Origin: an uncultured virus (IMG/VR IMGVR_UViG_3300002220_000147)
Taxonomy: Duplodnaviria; Heunggongvirae; Uroviricota; Caudoviricetes; Crassvirales
Strand: one strand, 5' to 3'
Length of the DNA stretch: 64,000 bases
Virus record (IMG/VR): IMGVR_UViG_3300002220_000147
The notes under the pieces are model-generated. The model was given only the letters and a program-made list of their open reading frames with translations. It was not told the origin of the DNA and ran no database searches. The position numbers and the translations under genes are program-made. Below, one piece after another: positions 44,621 to 56,600 of this stretch (within the stretch, counting starts at the first letter, position 1; each line of letters opens with the position of its first letter).

Positions 44621-46090
44621 ATGAGAATTTCACCCTTTCAAATGTACGAAAATGATGACGTAGCAGGTCTTATAACTAAGACTCACTTAGGTTATCAATT
44701 TCAGATAGACCCACAGGCTGCTGCACAAACAGCAACCATGATTCACCAAGCAAATTTTGGTACTACCGTAAGCTCATATCTTAACAAATTTCCTGCTCTT
44801 TATCTTGATAGAGAAGACGATTTTACTTGGGATATCATAACTTCTGGTAAGAAAAATATTCCTTTGGTGAAAGCATCTCTAACTTCTAACGGCACTGCAA
44901 TCGGAGCAGCAGATAAAACAGGTAAAAACCTTACCGAATTTTATCTTACTTTCTCTGAGAAATGGTTCTCTGATGTAAATCAGATTGTAGGTGAGCGTAA
45001 TGAAGTTTATCCTATTCTTATTCTTGATGAACCTCGCCCAATTGGAACTTATTGGGAATATAGGTGTCGCTTGAATACTGGAGATAAAAATCTTACCATT
45101 CCTTTTGAAGAACTTCAGGCAGGTAAAAGATTTAGTAAAGATTTCTCACCTGTTGAAGAGACTCTCTCTAAAAAAGGTGGTGGAGTAACTTACAACTTCC
45201 CATTCAAAATGAAGAATACCTTTACACGTATTCGTATGCAGGATACTGTTCCCAGTAATATGATTAAACAGCCTGTTAAATTCAGCTGGCAGGATCATGC
45301 TACTAAGAAAGTTATGACTACATGGATGGATTATCGTACATATATGTTTGAAATGCAATATCAGGAAGAAATTGCTAAAATGATTATGTATGCTACATCT
45401 AATAAAACTGCAGAGGATACTTATAAAATTAAAGGTAAATCTGGTTATGAGTTGAAGATGGGTGCCGGTATTAAACAGCAGATGGAATCATCTAACTATT
45501 ATACCTATAGTTCATTTAATATTAAAAAATTCACTGATATGCTTCTTGATCTTTCTATTGGAAAGATTTCAATGAGTCAACGTGAAGTAACTATTGCAAC
45601 TGGTGAGCGTGGAATGATCCAATTCTCGGAAGCACTTGAATATCATTCAACTCTTTATACTCCTTCAAGGGAAACTCAGCGTATTAGCGTTAATAGTGAT
45701 GGTAGTATGGCTTATAAAGGACAGTTCCTTTCTTACTGGGGGCCTAACGGAGTAAAAGTTAATGTAATTCATGACGCATTAAAAGATGATTTTGAGCGTA
45801 ATAAACTGTATATGGGCAGCAAACCTGGTCTTGCAGAATCATATGTATATGATATTCTGAATATGGGAACTTCTGATGGTAAACCAAATATTCAGAAAGT
45901 ATATCTTAAAGACGGTGGTGATTTCAGGGGATTTGAGCCCGGACTTCGTGATCCATTTACTGCAAGTTCAGAACGTAAGATCATGTCTAACCCTGTTGAT
46001 GGATGGACAGAGCATAGAATGTTTATTGGTGGTGCCATTATATATGACCCAACCCGTACAGCATCCTATAAACCAAACATTTTGGGATAA
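44621..46090 (+). CDS. major capsid protein
   Basis: 489 aa; LSKKGG, GAGIKQQ, TGERGMIQF, GLRDPF, DPTR; follows the scaffold gene and precedes a hairpin. Confidence 0.9.
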   Translation: MRISPFQMYENDDVAGLITKTHLGYQFQIDPQAAAQTATMIHQANFGTTVSSYLNKFPALYLDREDDFTWDIITSGKKNIPLVKASLTSNGTAIGAADKTGKNLTEFYLTFSEKWFSDVNQIVGERNEVYPILILDEPRPIGTYWEYRCRLNTGDKNLTIPFEELQAGKRFSKDFSPVEETLSKKGGGVTYNFPFKMKNTFTRIRMQDTVPSNMIKQPVKFSWQDHATKKVMTTWMDYRTYMFEMQYQEEIAKMIMYATSNKTAEDTYKIKGKSGYELKMGAGIKQQMESSNYYTYSSFNIKKFTDMLLDLSIGKISMSQREVTIATGERGMIQFSEALEYHSTLYTPSRETQRISVNSDGSMAYKGQFLSYWGPNGVKVNVIHDALKDDFERNKLYMGSKPGLAESYVYDILNMGTSDGKPNIQKVYLKDGGDFRGFEPGLRDPFTASSERKIMSNPVDGWTEHRMFIGGAIIYDPTRTASYKPNILG

Positions 46091-46105
46091 TAAATAATTG
46101 GAATT

Positions 46106-46140
46106 TACCTACTTGGTACTAATGTTGTAACAAGTAGGTA
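46106..46140 (+). terminator. hairpin after MCP
   Basis: TACCTACTTG/CAAGTAGGTA stem. Confidence 0.6.
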
Positions 46141-46185
46141 CTTTCCTATAATTAAACAAAGTATTTACAAAGAAGAAGAAGAGAA

Positions 46186-47103
46186 ATGACTGAAAAAATG
46201 ATTGAATTACCTAAAAGAAAGGTATTGGTAAAACCTGTTTTATGGGAAGGTTGGCTTCCTAAAGGACATAGTGGTTCTTGGCTTAATGATGGCGCAATAT
46301 TAGAAATTACAGTGCCTACTTCAAGACAAACAGGTGAATTAGTTAACCCGCTTACCCAAGAAGAATTAAAGTTTTTTGAGGATAAAGTATTATCAGGGAT
46401 GGATTTTAATCCTGGAGATTTAAATCCTTACAGAAAACCTGATTACAAACAAGGAAGTATCCCATTTTGGTACAGACATTCTTTAGCAATAAAAAAATCT
46501 GATACTGAAATAACAAATGATACAGTTCTTTTGACCTTAGATTTATCACTACCAATAGATTATTTAAATTATAAGTTGTTATTGGCTAATTGTGGTACAG
46601 GTGGTATAGTTTGTGATAATTGGGAAAATAGATTTGACCAGGGTTCTCATAAACTTGTATTAGTAGAAGAAGGATATGAATCAGAAAGTAAAGCTACAGT
46701 AGCTTCAGATAGAATTAAAGCTTATGGAATATTTGCTAAAATGCAAAACTCTCAAGTTAAGCTATATGAATTTTTAAGTGTATACTGGCTTGAAAATCCT
46801 ACAGCAATGAGACCATCTCCAGATACTAATTTACAGACTCTTATAGCTCAGGTTGAAGATATTATTTCTAATAATACTAAAAAGTTTCTTGAAATTATTT
46901 CTCAGGATTATGAGAATAAACTTATTATCCATAATGGAATAAGATCTGGTGTTATAAAACTAATTGGAAGTGTGTTTGTTTTAATGCCTGACGAAATACC
47001 TGTAGGAAGTTCATTGAAAGAAGTAATTATATACTTTAAAGATGAAAGACATCAGGAAGATAGGCTTAAACTTATTGCACAGATAGATTCTGAAAGTAAA
47101 TGA
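46186..47103 (+). CDS. conserved crAss-like protein downstream of MCP
   Basis: LTLDLSLPIDYLNYKLL motif; conserved position. Confidence 0.6.
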   Translation: MTEKMIELPKRKVLVKPVLWEGWLPKGHSGSWLNDGAILEITVPTSRQTGELVNPLTQEELKFFEDKVLSGMDFNPGDLNPYRKPDYKQGSIPFWYRHSLAIKKSDTEITNDTVLLTLDLSLPIDYLNYKLLLANCGTGGIVCDNWENRFDQGSHKLVLVEEGYESESKATVASDRIKAYGIFAKMQNSQVKLYEFLSVYWLENPTAMRPSPDTNLQTLIAQVEDIISNNTKKFLEIISQDYENKLIIHNGIRSGVIKLIGSVFVLMPDEIPVGSSLKEVIIYFKDERHQEDRLKLIAQIDSESK

Positions 47104-47735
47104 CAGTACAAGAACTAAAAAATGAATTTCTTACCCGCTACGATGCAGCTACAAGTTTAGCTGCACCGGGCTGGGAAGATAGTGAAATAAGTACATTTTT
47201 GAACATAGCTCAGATTAGACTTGTTACAGAATTATTTAATGCAGGAAATCTTCCATTATTAAGTAATCTTATTCATACTAATTCAGATACTGCTGTAGCT
47301 ATGCCAGATGTATCAAACGGATGTATTGCTGATATTAATAATATTCATCCTACATTTTTATTCTATGTAGGATCAAGAACTAAAATAACCAGAACTAATC
47401 CTGTTTTTACTAGTACTTTTATACCGAACGAATTACTGACTGATCAAAGATTTGCATGGAAATTTTACCATAATCCTTTTAATAAGTTATGGTTAAAATA
47501 TCCAAAATGTTATATTGATTATTCAGGAAGTCAAAAATCTATAGTAGTTTTAGTAGATTATTATACTGATACTCCTACAGAGATAGAGCTTACAGCAGTT
47601 ATAAAACCTACTGACATTGATATAGATACCAATATAAATACAAATATGGATTTGGTTACTCACCCTACTATTGTAGAATACGCAGTGGAGGAAGCATTAA
47701 AATCAATAAAAATAGCTAAAACTACTAATCAATAA
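47100..47735 (+). CDS. tail ring (tubular) protein paralogue 1
   Basis: EISTFLNIAQ, NPFNK, HPTIVEYAV. Confidence 0.7.
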   Translation: MTVQELKNEFLTRYDAATSLAAPGWEDSEISTFLNIAQIRLVTELFNAGNLPLLSNLIHTNSDTAVAMPDVSNGCIADINNIHPTFLFYVGSRTKITRTNPVFTSTFIPNELLTDQRFAWKFYHNPFNKLWLKYPKCYIDYSGSQKSIVVLVDYYTDTPTEIELTAVIKPTDIDIDTNINTNMDLVTHPTIVEYAVEEALKSIKIAKTTNQ

Positions 47736-47738
47736 ACT

Positions 47739-48410
47739 ATGACAGCACTTGAAATGCAACAATTGTTTGAAACTGAATTGCAGACGATAGGTTCATTGTT
47801 TAATGATCGGGAAAAACCTGATACAGATACTATATTCAGGTATATTAATGATGCTCAGAAGGTAGTAGTAAAAATTTTATACGATTCTAAAGACTATCTT
47901 AAACTTAAAAATATTATAGTAGACGGTTCTGTTGTTGTAACACCGGAGGCTAATATACAAAATTCAGTATATTATACATTTAATTTTTCAGATTATTTAT
48001 ATTACATTAATTCAAGAAGTAAATATGACAGAACTCTACCACTTATTACAAATTCTACAACATTTGTATACAATGAAGAAATAAGTGAGGTTCAGATAAA
48101 TCAATTTTTAACCACTGATTTTAATAAACCTTTCTTCAGAATACCGAAATGTTATGTGGAAGATAATAAATTAAGAGTAATATCTGATGCTTACACCACC
48201 ATAACAGAGTTAATTATTACTTATGTAAAAATACCTGTTGATATAGAGATAGATGTTAACGATTGTGAATTAGACGAAAGTCTTCATAATCTTATAGTTA
48301 CTACGGCTCTAACTAATTTTATACAGAAAAAAACCTTTTTAGCTTCTATGGAAAATAGAAAGAATAGAAGAGAATCTTCTGAACAACCTGAATCTAATAC
48401 CAAAGGATAA
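47739..48410 (+). CDS. tail ring protein paralogue 2
   Basis: IFRYINDAQ, DFNKP, CELDESLHNLIV. Confidence 0.7.
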   Translation: MTALEMQQLFETELQTIGSLFNDREKPDTDTIFRYINDAQKVVVKILYDSKDYLKLKNIIVDGSVVVTPEANIQNSVYYTFNFSDYLYYINSRSKYDRTLPLITNSTTFVYNEEISEVQINQFLTTDFNKPFFRIPKCYVEDNKLRVISDAYTTITELIITYVKIPVDIEIDVNDCELDESLHNLIVTTALTNFIQKKTFLASMENRKNRRESSEQPESNTKG

Positions 48411-48412
48411 TC

Positions 48413-49087
48413 ATGCCAGTAATACCAAATACATATTTAGATCTTCAGATACAGTTTCAGGATAATTATGAAGCTTCTGTAAAAACTTTAGGATTAGATA
48501 ATTGGGTGCTATCAAGCGATATAATCCTTAACTATCTATATAAATCTGAATTAAATATTCTGCATGAACTTGCTTTAAATAAAAGATATGATTTATTAAG
48601 AGGATATACTATAAATGAAGATGTTTCAGGAGGATTAACATTACAAACAGATGGTACAGTAAAAACTGCAGTCGTAGAATGTAATTATTACCTAAGATCC
48701 TATTCCACTATAATTTCTACATATCCAAGTGCATATCAATCTACAGGAATAGTTGAAAACGAACTTATCCTTCCCGAAGATGCAGTATTATATTATAAGA
48801 GTGCATTTAACATTCCTTATTTTAAAAATCCTAAAATATATATTGATCCTGTTAATTCTTATGTTACTCCGGAAACAAGTGAAAATATTTTTGTAATTAT
48901 ACCTGATGGATATACTGTAATTACAGGATTACATCTAACTTACATAAAAATACCACCTAAACCAACTGAATTATCTTATTGTTTTAGTGATCATACGTTA
49001 TATAATAAAATTGTAGAAACGGCTGTAAATAGTGCAATATCTGATTTAGTTAAATTATCTTCACCTAAAAATAAAGAAGCTATATGA
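48413..49087 (+). CDS. tail ring protein paralogue 3
   Basis: ILNYLYKSE, AFNIP, LYNKIVETAV. Confidence 0.65.
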   Translation: MPVIPNTYLDLQIQFQDNYEASVKTLGLDNWVLSSDIILNYLYKSELNILHELALNKRYDLLRGYTINEDVSGGLTLQTDGTVKTAVVECNYYLRSYSTIISTYPSAYQSTGIVENELILPEDAVLYYKSAFNIPYFKNPKIYIDPVNSYVTPETSENIFVIIPDGYTVITGLHLTYIKIPPKPTELSYCFSDHTLYNKIVETAVNSAISDLVKLSSPKNKEAI

Positions 49088-49791
49088 CATTAATGGAAAT
49101 GAGGCTTAGATTTCAAGAGTTTGCTTTTGAAATGATTGGTGGAAATATCAGTCCTGAATTTTATATTGACTCTACTTCAATAAAGAAATATCTTAATGAA
49201 GCTGTTGTAAAGTATATAAATGATAAATTTCTTTCATTACCTTCTTTTCATGATAAAACAATATTAATAGGAAGAAATCTTAATGATTTGAAAAATCTTA
49301 TAAAGATAATTGATTTAGACCAAAATACAGTATCTGCTCATTATCCCAATAGTTTAACATTTAAATCATCTTCTGTAAATATATGGCACTATCTTAGCTT
49401 AACTGGAAAACTGACACGTTCATATCCTCATTCAGCTAATGACATATTAGTGGATTTATTACCAATAGAGCCCAAAGATATTAATCAGTATCTTACTACT
49501 TACATAAATAAACCATTAATATTAGTTCCTGTTTTTACACAAGTACACTCACAAGCAAATGATTCTATTGATAATCAGCTAAGTTTACTTGTTATATATG
49601 ACAGTTACACTACATTTACTACAGATACAATTAAAGCTATATGTTTGGTGGAGCCTTCTAAAATGGAACTTGATTCAGATGTGTGTGAATTAGCAGATTA
49701 TTTACATGAAGATATAGTCAGATTGGCAGTAAATTTATATAATCAGGAAAAGTATAAACTTTCTCAAAAATCCAAGGAGGAAAATAAATGA
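49084..49791 (+). CDS. tail ring protein paralogue 4
   Basis: IKKYLNEAV, YINKP, CELADYLHEDIVRLAV. Confidence 0.7.
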   Translation: MTLMEMRLRFQEFAFEMIGGNISPEFYIDSTSIKKYLNEAVVKYINDKFLSLPSFHDKTILIGRNLNDLKNLIKIIDLDQNTVSAHYPNSLTFKSSSVNIWHYLSLTGKLTRSYPHSANDILVDLLPIEPKDINQYLTTYINKPLILVPVFTQVHSQANDSIDNQLSLLVIYDSYTTFTTDTIKAICLVEPSKMELDSDVCELADYLHEDIVRLAVNLYNQEKYKLSQKSKEENK

Positions 49792-50447
49792 CAAATTTAG
49801 AATTACAACTTAGATTTGAACAAAGGTTTAGAAATCATATAAATAAAGATCTTGATATTAGAACAATAGATATAGAATTTTATTTAAATGAGGGATTAGA
49901 TAAGTTTATAGAGGAGTGGTACAAGATATTTGAATATAACGAATCTGCAAGAAAAAGACTTAATCCTTTAGTAAAATATGCTATTCTTGATACAAGTACG
50001 AATGGAAGCCACCCTCGTGGAAGATATTTTAATCTTACTGAAAATTACAGATACATACTACAGGAAGAAGCACAGGTAAGTTATAATGATTGTCATGGAA
50101 GTCCACAAACAATCAGATCTTCTGTAAAACCTGTTAAACTGGATTATTATAACAGACATATACATAATCCGTTTAAAAAACCTTACAGAGATCTTGTATG
50201 GAGACTTGATATAGGAAATACTGATAAACGTCATGAACTTATTTATGGAGATGATGTTACCAACATAACACATTATTATTTAACGTATCTGGCTAATCCA
50301 ATAAAAATAACACTGTTAACAGGAACTCCAGAAACATCCAATATAGAAATATCTGAAGAGTTTCATGAAGAAGTAATAGATGAGGCAATAAAAGTAGCCT
50401 TAAAAACATTTGAATTAAATAATATTACTCACCCTCAAACTAAATAA
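49788..50447 (+). CDS. tail ring protein paralogue 5
   Basis: IEFYLNEG, NPFKKP, EFHEEVIDEAI. Confidence 0.7.
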   Translation: MTNLELQLRFEQRFRNHINKDLDIRTIDIEFYLNEGLDKFIEEWYKIFEYNESARKRLNPLVKYAILDTSTNGSHPRGRYFNLTENYRYILQEEAQVSYNDCHGSPQTIRSSVKPVKLDYYNRHIHNPFKKPYRDLVWRLDIGNTDKRHELIYGDDVTNITHYYLTYLANPIKITLLTGTPETSNIEISEEFHEEVIDEAIKVALKTFELNNITHPQTK

Positions 50448-50452
50448 AATCA

Positions 50453-51019
50453 ATGAGATCAATTGATAAATTAACAAATAAAAATTATACTTACGGATTA
50501 AAGGATTCAACTCCCGTATTTGCCGAAGCGTTTAATAATGCAGTAGAGACTATTGTTGAAGGAATTGAAGAAATTACCTCTCACATAGCTACTTCTAACG
50601 TATCTGACATTTACGTTGAGGAACTTGATATTCCTGCAACCGCTATAGTAGGTACTTCAGCAGGAGATCTAGGACATGCTAATGGTTTTCCTTTAGTAGT
50701 AACTCCAGGATCAGGCAACTTTCTTGAATTTGTTTCTGCCCTTTTAATATTTGATGGAAAAGGTGGAGCTTATGCTGATGGAGGAAATGTTACCATTAAT
50801 CTTGGAACAACTCCTGTAACTGGAATAGTATCAGCAGCAAACAGTTTTGGAGCAACTGGGCAGAAAGTATATCAATTTCACCCACTATCTACAGCAGCCT
50901 ATAGTGCTCTGTTGAATACAGGATTAAATCTCACTGCTGCTTCTGCCTTTACCGCTGGTAATGGTACTGGAGTAGGTAAAATGCACATCCAATATAGAAT
51001 TCATGTAACCGGATTCTAA
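50453..51019 (+). CDS. virion structural protein (possible head fibre/decoration)
   Basis: Gly/Ala/Thr-rich beta protein in the structural block. Confidence 0.55.
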   Translation: MRSIDKLTNKNYTYGLKDSTPVFAEAFNNAVETIVEGIEEITSHIATSNVSDIYVEELDIPATAIVGTSAGDLGHANGFPLVVTPGSGNFLEFVSALLIFDGKGGAYADGGNVTINLGTTPVTGIVSAANSFGATGQKVYQFHPLSTAAYSALLNTGLNLTAASAFTAGNGTGVGKMHIQYRIHVTGF

Positions 51020-51076
51020 ATAAATCTAGTTTTTTTTTAATTTTAAATACTTTTATTAACTTAATACAATAAAACA

Positions 51077-52372
51077 ATGCATGCACAACGTAACGTAGCA
51101 AATATTCTTATCGCAAATAGCGTAGGAGCAACTGCTGGAATGGAGACTCTTAACATTGATGGATTTATTTCATCTCTTAGTACAGGAGAACCTGTAGTTT
51201 TAAGTCCTTCTGGAATAGTAGTAGATGCCACCGGAACTCTTCCCTCAGAGTTTAAAATTGCGACTAAATTGTCTAATGGAGATTTGAATTACTCAGATAT
51301 CATTAAGGCAAAATCAATTAAATCAATTCATACTAACCGATATGTAGCCCCCACTAATCAACTTGATTATATTGGGTACAATGGTACTTCAGGTGCAATT
51401 GAGGTAATTAACAATAACATTTATTCTGTAAAACTGAATCTTATTCCTACAGATGTTGCTGGATTTATGCAACAGAAGATTAAAGAAGGATTCTATGAAA
51501 CAGACTCTACCGCAACTCAACGTGAGATTGCTTATGGACTTACTTCAAGTCTTATTAAAAACTTCTCAAGGGAACCAGATAAAGTTAAATGGGGAACTGA
51601 CAGGTTTACGTTTAACAGGATCAATTCAGGTTCTGTACTTAATGCTCTCGGAACTGCTACACTTTCTGTAACCAAAGGTTCAACAGCAATTGTATTCAGT
51701 GAAGATATGACAGGACTTGTAACTGCCGGAACTATTCTCAGAATTGGTGGACTTGGTGCAGGTACAACTCCTTGTTATGTAGTTGAATCACATAATGGGG
51801 GTGCAGCAGCTGCAAGGGTATATTTCCTTGATATTCCTTGGCAGGGTACTTCCAATACAGCTGTAGCAGCTAATTTGGTAGAATCTGTAACTGAAGGTAA
51901 CTGGGGTATCGCAGTAGGCTCAACTACTTATTCATTTGAAGAACCTAAATTCCGTTACAGTCAGCCTGTATGGAAACTTATCCTTCAGGATTGTGGAAGC
52001 ACTCCTGTAACTAATACAACTAAAACTACTCCTGGTTCTGGAGATTATCGTCAAATTTCTGCAATGGAGCAGTTGTTCCATGGAAATGAAGGTAATTACT
52101 ACAGGGCTCAGGTTCCTTCTCCTACATTTCGTAGTGAAACATCATCAAGTAAAACCTATGCAGTTATTGTAATAGAGTTTGAAGATGATATGACTACTGA
52201 AATTGGTGGTGTAGCTAAGTCTTTGAAACAACTTTACATAGCTTGTGAAAAAGGTGCAGGTGGAGCTTATACAGATGCTAATACCGGACTAGGTACTACG
52301 CTGAATGCTTACATTACAGCATATAGTATTCCTAATAACGGAGTAACTGTTGCTACTGAAATCAATGCTTAA
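51077..52372 (+). CDS. virion structural protein (possible auxiliary capsid protein)
   Basis: 431 aa; PGSGDYRQISAME motif; lies between the ring and hub genes. Confidence 0.55.
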   Translation: MHAQRNVANILIANSVGATAGMETLNIDGFISSLSTGEPVVLSPSGIVVDATGTLPSEFKIATKLSNGDLNYSDIIKAKSIKSIHTNRYVAPTNQLDYIGYNGTSGAIEVINNNIYSVKLNLIPTDVAGFMQQKIKEGFYETDSTATQREIAYGLTSSLIKNFSREPDKVKWGTDRFTFNRINSGSVLNALGTATLSVTKGSTAIVFSEDMTGLVTAGTILRIGGLGAGTTPCYVVESHNGGAAAARVYFLDIPWQGTSNTAVAANLVESVTEGNWGIAVGSTTYSFEEPKFRYSQPVWKLILQDCGSTPVTNTTKTTPGSGDYRQISAMEQLFHGNEGNYYRAQVPSPTFRSETSSSKTYAVIVIEFEDDMTTEIGGVAKSLKQLYIACEKGAGGAYTDANTGLGTTLNAYITAYSIPNNGVTVATEINA

Positions 52373-52436
52373 AAATAACCTAATAAAAATTAGTGTAAAA
52401 TCTAATAAAAATTAGTATAAAATAGGTATTGAAATA

Positions 52437-52467
52437 TTTGACTTGATGTTAAATTTTACTTAACTTT
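52437..52467 (+). promoter_or_regulatory. Bacteroidota-type promoter
   Basis: TTTG-N19-TAACTTTG, followed by a GGGAGATAT/ATATCTCCC hairpin and TTTTT. Confidence 0.55.
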
Positions 52468-52515
52468 GCGGGGAGATATGAGGTATGCTTATATCTCCCT
52501 TTTTAAATTAAAAAT

Positions 52516-53133
52516 ATGGCACTTGAACTAGTTTTAACAAAATCTATAAGTAATTATTCTATTCTAACTCTGATAGATAGTACAGGAGATTACGACGTTA
52601 CGGATAATCCTACGGGATGGGGAGCACCCAATACTGCATTAAGTGCTGTAAATTATGCTCACATTATAATACAAACCCCATCATCAGCAGTATACGATAT
52701 AGATATTATGGCTGGTCTTGGTATAGATTTTAGTACAATAAGTTCAGACGAACTTATCTATAACATATCAAGTGATATGTTAGGTAAGAATACTAATGAA
52801 CTTCTTGAAGATGGTATCTATACTATTGAATATAGGATTAGTACTGATGCTACTTGGGTAGATGGTGCTGTGAGTAATTCTGTAATTACCGCTGCAATTG
52901 CTACATATTTTGTAGTACAGAAAGATGTATTTGAAAATATTGCACTTATTCCTGATTTATACGGTTGTAGTAAGTGTTGCACAATGAAACTTAAAGATAT
53001 TATTACTCAGTATATGATGTTACAGGCTTTAGTGGCTGCTTCAGAATATGCTTATCTTACAGAATTTACTAATATTCTTACTACACTTAAGCAAATTGTA
53101 TCGTTTGATACTGAATTACTTTGTAATTGTTAA
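52516..53133 (+). CDS. putative tail hub protein A
   Basis: DSTGDY...NPTGWG, DGIYTIEY, Cys-rich C-terminus CSKCC...CNC. Confidence 0.6.
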   Translation: MALELVLTKSISNYSILTLIDSTGDYDVTDNPTGWGAPNTALSAVNYAHIIIQTPSSAVYDIDIMAGLGIDFSTISSDELIYNISSDMLGKNTNELLEDGIYTIEYRISTDATWVDGAVSNSVITAAIATYFVVQKDVFENIALIPDLYGCSKCCTMKLKDIITQYMMLQALVAASEYAYLTEFTNILTTLKQIVSFDTELLCNC

Positions 53134-53135
53134 TT

Positions 53136-53669
53136 ATGACTCTGCAGGAATTTTTAAAACAGGCTAATAATTGTTATGTTAAGAAAAACAGTTTATTAGC
53201 TTCAGCTTTTAAAACAGGATACCCTGATTATAATACTCTATTAAGAGAGATAAGTATAATGGGAATGTATTTGTACGTGTTACCAAGGCTTGGTAATGAT
53301 TATGCTTTAACTGCTGAACAAGTGGAAAACATAATGTACCATATTCTTAAACTTTGCCGTAGAGTAGATGTAGCTTTACCTGTAGGAGCAGGAGTAATTT
53401 CAGGAACACCTATTGGCGGAACTACCATAATTATTGTTGGTGATACTATAATAGTACAACCAAGAGTATATACAATGACATACTCAGGCGTAGAAACATT
53501 TACTGTAAATGTACCACATGCATTAAAGAAATGGTCACCTACAGTAGTTGTTACTGATACATCAGGATTAACAAGAGTTAGAGTATATCCTTCTATAACA
53601 GAAGTTGATGAAGATAATATTACACTTGAATTTAACTCAACAAGTTCAGGAATTATAACAGTAATGTAA
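53136..53669 (+). CDS. putative tail hub protein B
   Basis: Helical N-terminus; C-terminal VPHAL..SPTVVV...LEF beta domain. Confidence 0.55.
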   Translation: MTLQEFLKQANNCYVKKNSLLASAFKTGYPDYNTLLREISIMGMYLYVLPRLGNDYALTAEQVENIMYHILKLCRRVDVALPVGAGVISGTPIGGTTIIIVGDTIIVQPRVYTMTYSGVETFTVNVPHALKKWSPTVVVTDTSGLTRVRVYPSITEVDEDNITLEFNSTSSGIITVM

Positions 53670-53670
53670 C

Positions 53671-56600
53671 ATGGCAGACTTTAATCTTAAAGATGATTTA
53701 TTGGGATTTGGAAGAGCACAACTCAAATATATGTTGTTTTATAACAGCACGTTTGAAGATTTGACTCTGTTTACCCATAGAAAAGGTCTGTTTTTTTATG
53801 ATACAACAACTGATACTATTGAAATACTGCATGATAACACTGATAAATGGAGAACAACTCTTAATATAGTTAGTGTTAATGACCCATTATATTCATCTGA
53901 TGATGCATTAAATGGAAAATTATTAATTGGTACAAGTGCATATGGCACTGTAAAAGGATTTAAGCCCCTTACAGAAGGGTTTTTAAAATCTGACCTGAAT
54001 GGTATATTATCCTCACAACAGTACATTACGTTTGAGGATATAGAGCCTACGGACTATACAACAGTAATATCAGCACCTGGATTAGATACAAGATTTGCTA
54101 CTGAGAAAGCTATTGTTGATTATGTAGCTTCTGCTACATTCTCAGCACAGGATAATATTCTTGATTGGGATGGTACTAAGTATTTACCATTTGCTTCTAA
54201 AAAAGGTAGTAATCCAGGATATGCCTATTTCTTTAGCGGAACTGCATCCTACCCATCATACAATAATGTATTAAATTTAGATGCTTATTTTAGAACAGCT
54301 AATATACAGGTAAGACAGGGGGCTACTCAATATAGTATAATTGACCCAACTTATTTTAGTGTAACTAATACAGGGTACACAACTAAGGTTGAAGTAGATA
54401 CTGTTGAAATACAAGGAAGAATTTACGGGACAGTAATTAGTAATTCAAGGTCATTACCTATAAGAATAGGTTCTAAATCTATAGTAGGTGCTGAAAATGC
54501 TGAATCTATATTAATAGATGATTATAATCAACTGTTCAATATAGATATGACTACAGTACGTCTTAATAAAGGTACAGCATTAAAGTATCTATATTTAGAT
54601 GCTAATAAAAACATTACTTACGTAGATGCCCCTTCAGGAAGCAATCCATTATCGGTAACTGATGGTATATTTAACTTAGATATTACAGGAGATAATTTAA
54701 CTGTATCACCTTTTAGTACAGAAACAAGTAATGCTTTTTATACATCTCCTATAATTAGTATAGGAGCAGATCCACCAACAGAAGCTAATGTTGTATTAAA
54801 CTTTAATGGAGCTTTAAGAACAACTTATCTATACGAAGGTACTAAAAGAGTAATGACTGAGCATGGTGCCCAGATTTCTGATGGTACAATGCACGCTGTT
54901 ACAGATATGTTTAATGCAGGATTTTGTCCTGCTTTACCTGATACAGGGGGGAATACAAAATATTTACGTGGAGATGGTACGTGGCAGATAATAACTTCAG
55001 GTGGTACAGTTAATCCTCTGACAGTTACAGATGGTATATTAAATCTTGATATTACAAATGATGTATTAACTGTTTCTCCATTTTTAAGTAAATCTACAGG
55101 AACTTTATATACAGGTATTACAGTTCCTGATTCAGTTATTACTACTTTAAACTATGATGGAATATTCAGGAGTACTCAATTATATGAAGGAAATGTAAGG
55201 GTAATGACTACTCACGGTAACTGGGCAGCAAATGGAAGTTTACACGCTGTAGTTACAAGTTCTCACGCAGGATTTACTCCACAACTACCTTTATCAGGAG
55301 GTTCATCTTTATTTTTAAGGGGTGATGGTATATGGTCTTCTCCAGTATTTACTGAAGCAGATACCCTCACAACTGTATCTGCAAGAGGTTCAGTAACTCC
55401 TACTATTCTTACTTATAATGAAAGTAAAGTATTTACTAACCCGTATTCACTTATTACTAAGGAATATGCAGACGCTGTAGCTGTAGGAATTAGTCCTAAG
55501 TTACCTGTAGATGCTGCAACAACAGCTAATATAACATTATCAGGAGAACAGACAATTGATGGGTATTCAGCTGTTACAAGTAAAAGAATATTAGTAAAAA
55601 ATCAATCTACTCAAACTAACAATGGTATATATACAGTAGCTTCAGGTGCATGGACAAGAGAAGCAGATTCTGCTACATGGGCAGATTTATATAAAGGTTA
55701 TTATGTAGTATTAAATGGTACTGTAAATGGAGGATCTTCTTACATTTGTACTATAGCAAGTACAGGAACATTAGGAGCAGATCCTGTAACTTATCAATTG
55801 TTTAGTGCTCCTTCAGTAATTATAGGTGGAAATGGTCTAACCAAGACAGGTAGTACTCTAGACGTCAATGTAGACAACGCTACAATAGAAATAGTAACAG
55901 ATACATTGAAAGTTGTAGATAATGTTTTTCAACCTTACGACCTTGATTTAGTAAGTATTGCAGGATTATCAGGTACAACTGGAATATTAAAGAAAACTGC
56001 AGCAAATACATGGGTATTAGATACCTCTACTTACATAACAGGAACAGTAGTAACATCTTTTAATACAAGAACAGGAGCAGTAACATTATCAAAAGCTGAT
56101 GTAGAAGCTGTACTTACAGGATTAATCACTACTCATACTCATAATTACTTACCTTTATCTGGTGGTACAATATCAGGGAATTTAACTGTAACAGGTACAA
56201 CCACACTTAACGCAGTAACTAAAGTAGGTACTACAATGATTACTAACTTTAATGCTGATTTACTTGATGGATATCATGCATCAGATTTTTCTCTGTATCA
56301 TACTCACCCATATCTTCCACTATCAGGAGGAACAGTAACAGGTAATTTAGTTGTTAATGGTACAACAACTCTTAATGGTATTACAAAGATTGGTACTACA
56401 ATGGTAACTAATCTTAATGCTGATTTATTAGATGGTAATCACGCATCTGCATTTGCACTTGCTTCACATACACACCCATACCAACCACTTGATACAGATT
56501 TAACTTATATAGCAGCTTTAACAGGTAACGGAAGATTAGTAAGATATGTAGATAATTCGTGGGGATTAGAAACTACAAACTTTTTAACTGGAACTAAAGT

